Of a stretch of 64,000 nt of DNA, positions 18,052-27,860 are shown in pieces. The stretch lies in contig OZ253449.1 in assembly GCA_965261345.1 (NCBI GenBank), positions 1,952,001 to 2,016,000 on the forward strand. Direction: 5' to 3'. The DNA is from Chloroflexota bacterium (GTDB lineage: Bacteria > Chloroflexota > UBA11872 > VXNJ01). The notes beneath the pieces were generated by a model, which was given only the letters and a program-made list of their open reading frames with translations, was not told the DNA's origin and ran no database searches. The position numbers and the translations under genes were made by a program. How positions within the stretch are numbered: position 1 is the first letter of the stretch; every line of letters starts with the position of its first letter.

Positions 18052-20007
18052 ATGGTAAGCGACCGCGGCGAGGTCCTCTGGCGCCCCGAACCGGCGGCGA
18101 TCGCCGCATCCAATCTGGCCCGATTCACCGGTGCGGCCGAGAACCGGACCGGCCAGAAGTTTTCAAGTAACTCCGACCTGCAGCGGTGGTCGGTGGAGGA
18201 TCGTGCGGGATTCTGGGAGCTGCTGGCGCAATTTGCCAAGGTGAACTTTTCGCGACCACCGGCAAGGATCAAGGGGCCCGACAGGATGCCGGGCACGGAG
18301 TGGTTTACCGGGGCGCGGCTCAATCTTGCCCAGAACCTGCTTTGGCGGGGCGACGCCAAGACCGCGATCATCTATCGCGACGAGTCCGGTCGCCAGCGCT
18401 CGGTTAGTTACGCCCAGTTGGGCACCCAGGTGGCCGCCGCCGCCGCGGCCCTGCGGAAAGGCGGGATCGTTCCCGGTGACCGGGTTGCCGGCTATCTGTG
18501 CAACGGGCCCGAGACCGTGGTCGCGGCCCTGGCGGCCATCTCGGTGGGGGCGGTCTGGACCGCTTGTTCGCCCGATTTTGGGGCCGCCGCCGCCGCCGAA
18601 CGGCTGGGCCAGGTTGCCCCCAAAGTCGTGTTTGCCTCCGATCGGTATTTCTATGCAGGCCGCCCATACTGCAGCCGCGCGGCGGTTGCGGCAATCGCTG
18701 CGATCGCCGGAGTCGAATGCCTAGTCCAGGTCCCCTACGATCCCGAATCCCCGGTTGCCAACCTGGCGGGAGCCGTCCCCTGGGATCAGTTTTTGGAGCG
18801 GGGCGGCGGGGCCGAACCCAGTTACGCCCAAATGGAGTTCGCCCACCCCGCCTACATCCTGTACTCCTCGGGAACAACCGGGCTTCCCAAGGCGATAGTG
18901 CATGGCGCCGGAGGCACGCTTCTCCAGCACCGCAAGGAGCACTTGCTACATTGCGACCTGCGCTCTGACGACGTGGTGTTTTACGGGACTACCTGCAGTT
19001 GGATGATGTGGCATTGGCTGGTTAGCGTGCTGGCGGAGGGCGCGACCATAGTCCTCTACGAAGGCAGCTTCGGCCATCCCGACCTTGGCGCCCTTTGGCG
19101 GCTGGCCGAGCAATGCCGGGTCAGCGTGTTCGGTACCAGCGCGGCGTTTATCGAGGCCTGTCGGCGCGATGGGGCCGAACCTGGCCGAGAACTCGACCTT
19201 GGCTGCTTGCGGGCGATCCTCTCGACCGGTTCGCCGCTCTCGCCGGACGGATTCAGATGGGTGTATGAACACGTTTCCGACAACCTGATGCTGGGTTCGA
19301 TTTCCGGTGGTACCGACATAATCTCCTGCTTCGTGCTGTCCAATCCAATCCGGCCGGTTCGGGCCGGCCAGATCCAGGGGCCGGGATTGGGGATGGACGT
19401 GGCCGCGTTTGACGAGAATGGCCGTGAAGTGATCGGCCGTCAGGGTGAACTCGTTTGTCGGCGTCCCTTTCCATCGATGCCGGTGGCTTTCTGGAACGAC
19501 CCCGAGCAGTCGGCTTACCGGCGTTCCTATTTCGAGCGGTTTCCCGGAATCTGGCGGCACGGCGACCTGATCGAATTCGACGCCGACGGATCCTGTGTCA
19601 TCTTTGGACGATCGGATGCGACCCTCAATCCGCAGGGAGTGCGGATCGGAACCGCCGAGATCTACCGTCCGCTCGAGGGAATCGATTGGATCAGGGACTC
19701 GATCGCGGCCGGACTGGGGAGCGCCCGACAGGAACAGATCGCCCTGTTTCTGGTCTGTGACGGACCCCTCACCGAAAACCGGGTCGACCAGGTGCGCTCG
19801 GTAATTCGCGCCAGCGCCAGTCCTCGCCACGTTCCGGCCAAGATCATTGCGGTCAGCGCGATTCCGCTAACCCGCAACGGCAAAAAGGCCGAATTGGCGG
19901 TGCGCGCCGTGCTGGCCGGCCTGCGCCCCGAAAATGCCAACGCGCTCGCCAACCCCGAGTGCCTAGATGAAATCGCCCAGATCGCCAAGGAGCTGGCCGA
20001 TGCCTAA
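18052..20007 (+). CDS. Acetoacetate--CoA ligase
   Basis: SSGTTGLPKAIVH, WMMWHWL, SISGGTDI, GRSDATLNP, NGKKAE. Confidence 0.92.
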   Translation: MVSDRGEVLWRPEPAAIAASNLARFTGAAENRTGQKFSSNSDLQRWSVEDRAGFWELLAQFAKVNFSRPPARIKGPDRMPGTEWFTGARLNLAQNLLWRGDAKTAIIYRDESGRQRSVSYAQLGTQVAAAAAALRKGGIVPGDRVAGYLCNGPETVVAALAAISVGAVWTACSPDFGAAAAAERLGQVAPKVVFASDRYFYAGRPYCSRAAVAAIAAIAGVECLVQVPYDPESPVANLAGAVPWDQFLERGGGAEPSYAQMEFAHPAYILYSSGTTGLPKAIVHGAGGTLLQHRKEHLLHCDLRSDDVVFYGTTCSWMMWHWLVSVLAEGATIVLYEGSFGHPDLGALWRLAEQCRVSVFGTSAAFIEACRRDGAEPGRELDLGCLRAILSTGSPLSPDGFRWVYEHVSDNLMLGSISGGTDIISCFVLSNPIRPVRAGQIQGPGLGMDVAAFDENGREVIGRQGELVCRRPFPSMPVAFWNDPEQSAYRRSYFERFPGIWRHGDLIEFDADGSCVIFGRSDATLNPQGVRIGTAEIYRPLEGIDWIRDSIAAGLGSARQEQIALFLVCDGPLTENRVDQVRSVIRASASPRHVPAKIIAVSAIPLTRNGKKAELAVRAVLAGLRPENANALANPECLDEIAQIAKELADA

Positions 20008-21166
20008 GGCGGCCCTGCTGGGAGCAGCCCGTTCCCCATTTGGACGGCTCGGTGGGAGTTTGGCCGGACTGTCGGCCGCCGATCTGGGGCAAAGCGTAGC
20101 GCGCGGTCTGTTGAAACGCCTGCGGATCGATCCCGCAATGATCGACGAGGCCATTGTTGGTTGCGTATTGCAGGCTGGGCAGGGCATGAACGTGGCCCGT
20201 CAGGTGGCAATTTCCGCCGGAATCCCGGTCGAACGTCCGGCCACGACTGTAAATCAGGTATGCGCCAGCTCGTTGGCCGCGATCGAACTGGCGGCGCGCC
20301 AGATACAGGCCGGAGAGGCCGAACTGGTACTGGCCGGCGGAACGGAGTCGATGTCGACTGCTCCACACCTGTTGCGTTCGCTGCGCGCCGGGGCGCGTTA
20401 CGGACCGGCCGAGTTGGAGGACGCGGTGTTAACCGATGGGTTAATGGACGCATTCGAGCACGTCCACATGGGAATGACGGCCGAGCGACTGATTGGCGAA
20501 TACGCGATATCGCGGTCCCAGCAGGACGAGTACGCACTAGCGAGCCAGGAGCGATACCGCGCGGCGGCAAAATTTCTGACCGCGGAAATGGTGATGGTCA
20601 CCTGCGCCGTCCAGCGCGGGCAGCCGATACCGCTGGAAGACCAGCTGCCGCGTTCAACCAGTCTGGAAAAACTCGCCGCGCTGCCGGCGGCATTTTGCGC
20701 CGGTGGATCTATCACCGCTGGCAACGCCTCCGGGCTGGCGGATGGTGCGGCTATGGCCCTGGTGGCCTCGCCGGCGGCATCGGCCGGGCAGAACCTAGCA
20801 CCATTGGCCCAACTCGAGGGATTTGCTACGGTGGGGGTCGAACCCAGGCGGATGGGGATCGGTCCGGCGCCAGCGATCAGGGCGTTGCTCGCCCGACACC
20901 AGCTGGATCTAGAGGCGATCGCGCTGTTTGAAATTAACGAGGCCTTCGCCGGTCAGGTACTGGCGGTGCTGGCTGAATTGGGGCTTGACCAGTCGCGGGT
21001 AAACGTCAATGGCGGGGCGATCGCCCTCGGACATCCGCTGGCGGCCACCGGAGGCCGGATGCTGGCCAGCTTGGCTGGAGAGTTGACGCGACGCGGCGGC
21101 GGCCTTGGAATTGCCGCTCTCTGTGTGGGCGGGGGCATGGGCAAGGCCGCGCTGATTTCAGTCTAG
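20000..21166 (+). CDS. Acetyl-CoA C-acetyltransferase (thiolase)
   Basis: NQVCASS, INEAFA, GHPLAATG, CVGGG; start overlaps the upstream stop. Confidence 0.92.
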   Translation: MPKAALLGAARSPFGRLGGSLAGLSAADLGQSVARGLLKRLRIDPAMIDEAIVGCVLQAGQGMNVARQVAISAGIPVERPATTVNQVCASSLAAIELAARQIQAGEAELVLAGGTESMSTAPHLLRSLRAGARYGPAELEDAVLTDGLMDAFEHVHMGMTAERLIGEYAISRSQQDEYALASQERYRAAAKFLTAEMVMVTCAVQRGQPIPLEDQLPRSTSLEKLAALPAAFCAGGSITAGNASGLADGAAMALVASPAASAGQNLAPLAQLEGFATVGVEPRRMGIGPAPAIRALLARHQLDLEAIALFEINEAFAGQVLAVLAELGLDQSRVNVNGGAIALGHPLAATGGRMLASLAGELTRRGGGLGIAALCVGGGMGKAALISV

Positions 21167-21183
21167 GATCCCTGCCGGCCGGG

Positions 21184-21256
21184 AGCCGAGAGTGGGACTC
21201 GAACCCGCAACCTGCTGTTTACAAAACAGCTGCTCTGCCAATTGAGCTATCTCGGC
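21184..21256 (-). tRNA. tRNA-Thr (anticodon UGU)
   Basis: GCCGAGA acceptor stem, TAGCTCAATTGGCAGAGC D arm, GCTGT-TT-TGT-AA-ACAGC anticodon arm, GGTTCGAGTCC T arm; 3' end reads TCCC, so CCA is not encoded. Confidence 0.95.
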
Positions 21257-21558
21257 CAGCATCGAAAGCGTCCGCCAAAAATGGCAACTAGATTCTCTCC
21301 TGCAAAGTTACGGATGCACGAACGGCCGGGTTTGGAAAATATGATGGGCGCATTTTTCTGTGCCGCTGAATTGATCGCTAGCCGCAAAGGCTGTCTGGGT
21401 CCAGTCCAATTGATTGAAATTGCCCCGGTTGGGCCAATATGGAGATGGCCCCACCGCCAGCTATCGGCCCGATCGCCGCTCCAAATAGTCAGACCCGGTC
21501 ATCCCCGATTCCCGGGCCTGACGCCCCACCATCTGGCCGCCCCAAAGGATCGTTGCCC

Positions 21559-22695
21559 ATGACTGCGTCCGGACCGATCTTTAGCCTGCCCGAGCATTTG
21601 CCGACCGACATTCCGCAGATCCGGTTTGGCGATCAGGCCCTGATTCCAATCTGGGAAAAGGTCGTTGCCGCCGAGCGACTCGATGGCGGCGAGGGGATGA
21701 CCCTGCTGGAGACCCCCGATCTGCTTGCGCTGGGCCGGATGGCAGATTTTGCCAAGCGGCGAATATCTGGCGACAAAGTCTTTTTCGTCCTCAATGTCCA
21801 GGTCAACCCCACCAACATCTGCGTCCTCTCGTGCAAGTTCTGTGACTTTGCGGCCAAACCGGGCGATGACCACGCCTACGAGATGTCCTATGACCAGATC
21901 CTGGAAACCATCCACCCCGACATGGACGAAATGCACATGGTCGGCGGGCACCACCATACCTTGCCGTTCGAGTGGTACGAGGAGCTGCTGCGGACGGTGC
22001 GGCGCGAGCGCCCCAACGTCCAGATCAAGGCCTTTACGGTTGCCGAAATCGACTACTTCTGCAAGCGCTTCAAGCTCAGTGAGGAAGAGGTATTCGATCG
22101 CCTCATAGACGCCGGTCTGCAGTCGATGCCGGGCGGCGGGGCCGAAGTCTTCTCCGACCGGGTCCGCAATCTGCTTTTTCGCGGCAAGGTGGACCGTCAT
22201 CGCTGGATGGAACTGCATCATATGGCCCACCGTAAAGGATTGCGCTCCAATGCGACCCTGCTGTACGGCCACATCGAGACCCTGCAGGAACGAATCGACC
22301 ACCTGATCTTCCTGCGCGCGGGGCAGGACAAGACGGGCGGGTTTCTGGCCTTCATTCCGCTGGAATACCAACTGGGGACCACCCGACTGGTCGAACGCGG
22401 GGCGACCGCAATAGATGACCTGCGGATGCTGGCGGTCTCGCGCTTGATGCTCGACAACCTGCCGCACATCAAGTCTTACTGGATCATGACCGGTGCTGAA
22501 ACCTCAGCGATCGGCCTCAACTTTGGCGCCGACGACCTGGATGGGACGATTGGGCAGGAACGCATCGCCCACGCCGCCCTGGCCAGCAGCCCGCTGGGTC
22601 TTGAGCGCGAGGCGATGGCGCAGATTATTCGCGATGCTGGCCGTCTGCCAGTGGCCCGCAACGCGCTCTACCGCGAAGTTGGCACGTTTGCCTAA
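21559..22695 (+). CDS. mqnE: Aminofutalosine synthase (radical SAM)
   Basis: CVLSCKFC, PGGGAEVF, HIKSYW, FGADDLDGTI; operon context. Confidence 0.85.
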   Translation: MTASGPIFSLPEHLPTDIPQIRFGDQALIPIWEKVVAAERLDGGEGMTLLETPDLLALGRMADFAKRRISGDKVFFVLNVQVNPTNICVLSCKFCDFAAKPGDDHAYEMSYDQILETIHPDMDEMHMVGGHHHTLPFEWYEELLRTVRRERPNVQIKAFTVAEIDYFCKRFKLSEEEVFDRLIDAGLQSMPGGGAEVFSDRVRNLLFRGKVDRHRWMELHHMAHRKGLRSNATLLYGHIETLQERIDHLIFLRAGQDKTGGFLAFIPLEYQLGTTRLVERGATAIDDLRMLAVSRLMLDNLPHIKSYWIMTGAETSAIGLNFGADDLDGTIGQERIAHAALASSPLGLEREAMAQIIRDAGRLPVARNALYREVGTFA

Positions 22696-23467
22696 TTTCC
22701 CGGCGCTGGGAAAGCTCCGGCTCGGCCGAATTTCCTACCTGAACACCGAACCGTTTTTTGCCAGCGACGCGATCCGTTCCCGGGCGATCGCCCGGCCGCC
22801 GCGCCAGGTCTACGATCTAACGGCTGCCGGAGAGGTCGACGCCGCGCCGCTGCCGTCGGTGGCGTGGGCGGATCACCCCGACACCCTTTCGCCGATTGGC
22901 AACTTCGGAATCGCAGCCGCCGGTGCGGTCGGCTCGGTGCTGCTGCGCTGTCAGGTTGAACCCGATCGATTCGACCGGGCCACTGTGGTCGGCGTCACCG
23001 ACGAAACCGTAACCTCGCTGCGATTGCTCAAGGTCCTCTTCCACGAACACTGGGATGTAGTCCCGCGCCTTCGCTACGATCCGCTCGGTCCAGATAACGA
23101 CGCCCAACTGGTAATCGGCGATGAGGCTCTAGGGGTCGACCCCCGGTTCCCGATAGCGATTGACCTGGGCCAGGCCTGGCAGGAATTCTCGGGGCTCCCG
23201 TTCGTCTACGCCCTCTGGCTATCTGGTCCCGATGCCCAACCGGAAGGACTGGCAGAGTTGACCGACTATTTCTCGACCAATCTCGCCCGCAACGGCGCCG
23301 ACGTTGCCGAGATCGCCGAACGCCGTCCGGGCCTGGGCATGACCGGTGAACAGATCGAATCCTATCTGGCCAAATTCGCCTATCGCCTGGGCGATGACGA
23401 ACGGGCCGGTCTTGCAAAATTCTTTGAACTCGACGCCCGCCAGCGCAAAGGGAGAATTCTTCGATGA
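22688..23467 (+). CDS. mqnA: Chorismate dehydratase
   Basis: RISYLNTEP, LVIGDEAL, DLGQAW...LPFVYALW. Confidence 0.85.
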   Translation: MPNFPALGKLRLGRISYLNTEPFFASDAIRSRAIARPPRQVYDLTAAGEVDAAPLPSVAWADHPDTLSPIGNFGIAAAGAVGSVLLRCQVEPDRFDRATVVGVTDETVTSLRLLKVLFHEHWDVVPRLRYDPLGPDNDAQLVIGDEALGVDPRFPIAIDLGQAWQEFSGLPFVYALWLSGPDAQPEGLAELTDYFSTNLARNGADVAEIAERRPGLGMTGEQIESYLAKFAYRLGDDERAGLAKFFELDARQRKGRILR

Positions 23468-24576
23468 TGGAATCCATCGCCAGCAAGCTGGACGACGGGC
23501 AGCGACTTGATCCGGCCGACGGTCTCTACCTCTGGGAGAGGGCCGATTTGCTCGAGCTGGGGCAATTGGCCGCCGCCGCCCGAATTGCGCGACACCCCGA
23601 ACCGATCGTTACCTACGTGGTTGATACCAACCTCAACTACACCAATATCTGCGATGCCTACTGTTCGTTCTGCGCCTTCTACCGCCCACCGGGTTCAACC
23701 GAAAAGGACGGGGCCTACGTCTATTCGGTGGCCGAGATCGTAGATCAGGTCGGGCGTGCGGCCGACCAGGGTTGCACGACGGTGCTGATGCAGGGCGGCC
23801 TGCACCCCGATCTGCCGTTCGACTATTACGTCGAAATGGTCCGCGCGGTGCGGTCGGCGCACCCCCAGGTCACTCCCCATTTCTGGTCGGCCCCGGAGAT
23901 TTTCAAGATGCGACAGGTGAGCGGGTTGGCCTACGAGGCGATATTTGAAGCCCTCTGGGAGGCCGGCCAGCGCACATTGCCAGGGGGTGGGGCCGAGGTC
24001 TTGACCAACTCCGTGCGGCGCAAGATCAGCCCGCTGAAAATGGATGCTGATGAATGGATCACGATTCTGCGCGCTGCCCACGCGGTGGGGTTTACCGGTA
24101 CCGCCACGATGATGTACGGCCACCTTGAACAGGCTCCCGACATCATCGAGCACTTAGAGCGGATCCGGGCGCTGCAGGATGAACCTTCGCCCGGTTTCTT
24201 CCACGCGTTCGTCCCTTGGAGCTTTTCGCCCGGCAGCACGCCGCTGGGCCGGCGCTTGGGCCGCAAACGGGCCGGCCCCAATCAATACCTGCGGATGTTG
24301 GCGTTGGCGCGGCTGTATCTGGACAACTTCGAGCACATTGACGCCAGTTGGTTCTCGGAGGGCAAAAAGGTCGGTCAGGTGGCCCTGCGTTTTGGGGCCG
24401 ACGACTTCGGCGGAACTTTGTTTGACGAGAACGTAATGAACGAGGCTGGACACTACAACCGAACTACCGAATCCGAGGTTCAGCTCATGATCCGCGAGGC
24501 CGGATTTAGGCCCGCCCGGCGCGATACGACCTACCAGATCCTGGAATTTATCGACGCCCACGAGACCGCCGTCTAA
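23464..24576 (+). CDS. mqnC: Cyclic dehypoxanthine futalosine synthase (radical SAM)
   Basis: NYTNICDAYCSFCAFYR, QGGLHP, TATMMYGH, DFGGTLFDENV. Confidence 0.88.
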   Translation: MMESIASKLDDGQRLDPADGLYLWERADLLELGQLAAAARIARHPEPIVTYVVDTNLNYTNICDAYCSFCAFYRPPGSTEKDGAYVYSVAEIVDQVGRAADQGCTTVLMQGGLHPDLPFDYYVEMVRAVRSAHPQVTPHFWSAPEIFKMRQVSGLAYEAIFEALWEAGQRTLPGGGAEVLTNSVRRKISPLKMDADEWITILRAAHAVGFTGTATMMYGHLEQAPDIIEHLERIRALQDEPSPGFFHAFVPWSFSPGSTPLGRRLGRKRAGPNQYLRMLALARLYLDNFEHIDASWFSEGKKVGQVALRFGADDFGGTLFDENVMNEAGHYNRTTESEVQLMIREAGFRPARRDTTYQILEFIDAHETAV

Positions 24577-25431
24577 GTGGCCCGCGAATTGACCATCGGG
24601 CACAGCCCCGATGCCGATGACGCGTTCATGTTCTATGCGATCACCCACGATCTGGTAAAGATTGGAGGCGCCGGCAATTACGCCCACCGCGAGGTGTTAG
24701 AGGACATCCAGACCCTAAACGAACGGGCATTGCGGGCCGAGCTGGATATGACTGCGATCTCGGCGGCGGTCTATCCGCAGGTGGCCGACGACTACCAAAT
24801 CCTTTGCTGCGGGGCCTCAATGGGATTGGGCTACGGCCCGATCGTGGTTAGCCGGAGGCCCTGCCAACTGGCCGATTTGGAGGGCAAACCGGTGGCCATG
24901 CCCGGCCCCCAGACAACCGCCTTCATGCTTTCCAAGATGTTCCTGCCCGAAGTTGAGGCGGTCCAGTTGCCGTTTGACCAAGTCATGGAACCGGTCGCCA
25001 ACGGCGAGCTCGCCGCCGCGGTGGTAATCCACGAGGGCCAGCTCACCTATGTGGATGCCGGGCTGGCCAAGATCTGCGATCTGGGAGAAATCTGGCAGGA
25101 CGCCACCGGCCTGCCGTTGCCACTGGGGCTCGATTGCGTTAAGCGGTCATTGGCAGGAGACCTGAAGCTGGAGCTGCTCGCGGCCCTGCAGTCGAGCATC
25201 GATGCCGCATTTGCCAACAACGCCGACGCGGTTGGCTACGCTCTGGAATTTGGCCGCGGGATCGATGCCGAACGCGGCGAGAAATTCGCCAAGATGTACG
25301 TTAACGACCTAACCTACGACATGGGAAGCTCGGGCGTTGCTGCGCTCAAGGAGTTGTACCGCCGGGCGACTGAAGCCGGAATCTTGGACTCGCCGCCGCC
25401 AGTCGACGTTCTATTTAGACGTTCTATTTAG
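24577..25431 (+). CDS. mqnD: 1,4-dihydroxy-6-naphthoate synthase
   Basis: GHSPDADDAFMFYA, IHEGQLTY, LPLPLG, MYVN. Confidence 0.9.
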   Translation: MARELTIGHSPDADDAFMFYAITHDLVKIGGAGNYAHREVLEDIQTLNERALRAELDMTAISAAVYPQVADDYQILCCGASMGLGYGPIVVSRRPCQLADLEGKPVAMPGPQTTAFMLSKMFLPEVEAVQLPFDQVMEPVANGELAAAVVIHEGQLTYVDAGLAKICDLGEIWQDATGLPLPLGLDCVKRSLAGDLKLELLAALQSSIDAAFANNADAVGYALEFGRGIDAERGEKFAKMYVNDLTYDMGSSGVAALKELYRRATEAGILDSPPPVDVLFRRSI

Positions 25432-25446
25432 CTGAAGCGGCCAGCT

Positions 25447-26322
25447 CTACGAGTTCTCGCGCCCGCCCAGGGCGCGCGGTCGCTTATTGGCTTTACGGGC
25501 GTTGACGCCGGAGACGACCTGCTCTTTTGTGGACGCTCCTACCCCGAGTTCACCCAACTCGCTCGCCGGTAGTTGATCGACAATCACCTCGCCATCCTTG
25601 GCGACCTCGATCCAGGCCCCCCTGATGCCGCCGGTGTTGGGATCGACGGCAAATGAGGGGCAGAACTGAACCACGTAGGCCAGGCGTGGCGAATCCGAAT
25701 TGTTGGCCCCGGAGCGATGCAGGCACAGTGAGGACATCGCGATTGCCCGCCCCTTCTTAACGTCAACGGTAATTCCCGGGTCATCGCCGTCGTAACCGAT
25801 CAGGTCGGGTGAATCTTCGGATTTGACGTGTTTTTGCAGGCCCCACTTGTGCGAGCCGGGCATCACGCCCAGGGTCCCGTTGTGTTCGTTAACGTCATGT
25901 AACGGCAGCCAGATGGTCAGATATTCCTCGGGCACGATTGGGTAATAGCCGGTGTCCTGGTGCCATTCAAACTTGCCGCCGGTACGCGGAGCCTTGGTGA
26001 CCGCCTGGTCCCAATAGAGGCGTACGTCATCGCCAATTAGCTCCATCGCCAGCTGCCCCATCGACTCGCCAAGGGCCAAGTTGCGGGCCGCCGGGCTGCG
26101 ATCGTGCATGTCCCAGATAAAGTTGCGGCCCTTGACGTTGATCGAGTCATCACCCTCGATCTCGCGCTCGGCATCGGCAATTTTCCGTATGTGCTCGAAA
26201 TCGGCGGCCGTTTTGTCGAGCAAAGCCGAATCGAATATTTCGTCGGTTACAAAGTAACCGTCGCGTTCGAAAGCCTCGCGTTGCTCCTTGCTAACTAACA
26301 TCGAATTTGCCTTACCGCCCAT
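25447..26322 (-). CDS. PhyH family Fe(II)/2OG dioxygenase
   Basis: WHQD, NGTLGVMPGSH, LHRSGAN. Confidence 0.88.
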   Translation of the reverse strand: MGGKANSMLVSKEQREAFERDGYFVTDEIFDSALLDKTAADFEHIRKIADAEREIEGDDSINVKGRNFIWDMHDRSPAARNLALGESMGQLAMELIGDDVRLYWDQAVTKAPRTGGKFEWHQDTGYYPIVPEEYLTIWLPLHDVNEHNGTLGVMPGSHKWGLQKHVKSEDSPDLIGYDGDDPGITVDVKKGRAIAMSSLCLHRSGANNSDSPRLAYVVQFCPSFAVDPNTGGIRGAWIEVAKDGEVIVDQLPASELGELGVGASTKEQVVSGVNARKANKRPRALGGRENS

Positions 26323-26374
26323 TAATTGTTTCCCTTGACCCCGCAGGGTCTAATTTTGTCAGTCGACCAAGCCC

Positions 26375-27805
26375 ATGACCCGCCATCCAAATTTAATCAC
26401 TAACGAAATTTGTTTTACGTCGGCGGTGGAGTTGCGCAAGGGTTATGCCAACGGCGCCCTGGGTGTCGTCGAGGTCGCCCGCGCGGTTCTAGACCAGATC
26501 GAACGATTGAACCCGCAACTTAATGCCTTCTATCTGATCTGCGATGACGTAATCGAGCAGGCCGAGCGTTCGCAAACCCGAATCGATTCCGGCACCGCGG
26601 GTGCGCTTGAGGGAATACCGATTTCGCTCAAAGACCACGTGCTGGTCAAGGGCCTGCGTTCCCCGTTTGGATCACTGGCCGGTGACGAGGGCCCGGCCAC
26701 GGCAGATTCGATCATCTGGGAGCGCATGCGGGCGGCTGGCGCAGTCCTGATCGGCAAGACGATCATGCCGGCCTTCGGCCACATGGGGGTGACCCACGGT
26801 TACCGCTTTGGCATAACCCGCAATCCCTGGAACTTGGCCCACAGCCCCGGCGGATCCTCCGGCGGTGGCGGGGCTGCCGTTGCCAGTGGCATGGGACCGA
26901 TCACGATCGGCACCGACGGCGGCGGGTCGATCCGCATCCCCAGTTCGTTTTCCGGCATATTTGGCCTAAAACCATCGCTCGGGCGGGTCCCGATGTTCCC
27001 AACGATGGGTAATTCGGACCAGCTCTCGCACGGCGGCCCGATGACCCGGACAGTGTCCGATGCAGCCCTCACCCTGGGAGTGATCGCCGGGCCCGACGAG
27101 CGTGACAACATCTCGCTGCCCGGGCCGGTGCCCGACTACCTGGACGGTCTGGACGAACTGGACCCGACCACCGTCAAGATCGCCTATGCTCCCGAGCTCG
27201 GGTTCCTGGCCGTCGACCCGCAGGTCGCTGCGGTTACCCGCGCGGCGATCGACCGGTTGGCCGATGCCGGTTGCCAGATCGAGGAGGTTGGCCAGATCTG
27301 GGACGACCCCACCGAAGAATTCATGAATCTGTTCTGTACCAATTACGCGCTGCGCTCCGGTGATGACCTGGAACGCGATCGGGACCGGCTCGAACCCAGT
27401 TATATCAAGATGGTCGAGCAGGGGCTTTCACTGCCCCGCCGCCAACTTATCGCCGCTGGGGCCAGGCGACGAACCATGGTGGCTGCCGGTCGGGCGTTGT
27501 TTGCCAAAAACGACATCCTGCTCCTTCCGACGGTGGCGATACCGCCGCTGCCGGTCGGGATGAGTGCTCCGCCGGGGCCTGCCGGCGACGAAGGGCCCTT
27601 GTCATGGGTCGCCAACACGTTCGTCTTCAACATGACCGGGTACCCGGCCGCCAGTTGCCCGTGCGGATTTGCCGATGGGCAATTGCCGATCGGCCTGCAG
27701 GTGGTCGGCCCGCGCTTTGCCGATGCCAAGGTGCTTGCCCACAGCCGGTTAATAGAAAAAATTCTGCCCTGGGCCGATCAGGTTCCAGCGGTTGTCGGCA
27801 GCTGA
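26375..27805 (+). CDS. Amidase signature family protein
   Basis: ISLKD, PGGSSGG, GTDGGGSIRIP. Confidence 0.92.
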   Translation: MTRHPNLITNEICFTSAVELRKGYANGALGVVEVARAVLDQIERLNPQLNAFYLICDDVIEQAERSQTRIDSGTAGALEGIPISLKDHVLVKGLRSPFGSLAGDEGPATADSIIWERMRAAGAVLIGKTIMPAFGHMGVTHGYRFGITRNPWNLAHSPGGSSGGGGAAVASGMGPITIGTDGGGSIRIPSSFSGIFGLKPSLGRVPMFPTMGNSDQLSHGGPMTRTVSDAALTLGVIAGPDERDNISLPGPVPDYLDGLDELDPTTVKIAYAPELGFLAVDPQVAAVTRAAIDRLADAGCQIEEVGQIWDDPTEEFMNLFCTNYALRSGDDLERDRDRLEPSYIKMVEQGLSLPRRQLIAAGARRRTMVAAGRALFAKNDILLLPTVAIPPLPVGMSAPPGPAGDEGPLSWVANTFVFNMTGYPAASCPCGFADGQLPIGLQVVGPRFADAKVLAHSRLIEKILPWADQVPAVVGS

Positions 27806-27860
27806 CCACCCGAACCCGCCGGCATCTTTTAAGGGAACCGGAAATTGCCGACGGCTAGCG

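Noticed and set aside
21184-21256. tRNA-Thr as an island integration site
   Set aside because: No integrase, no duplicated tRNA 3' end seen, and housekeeping flanks
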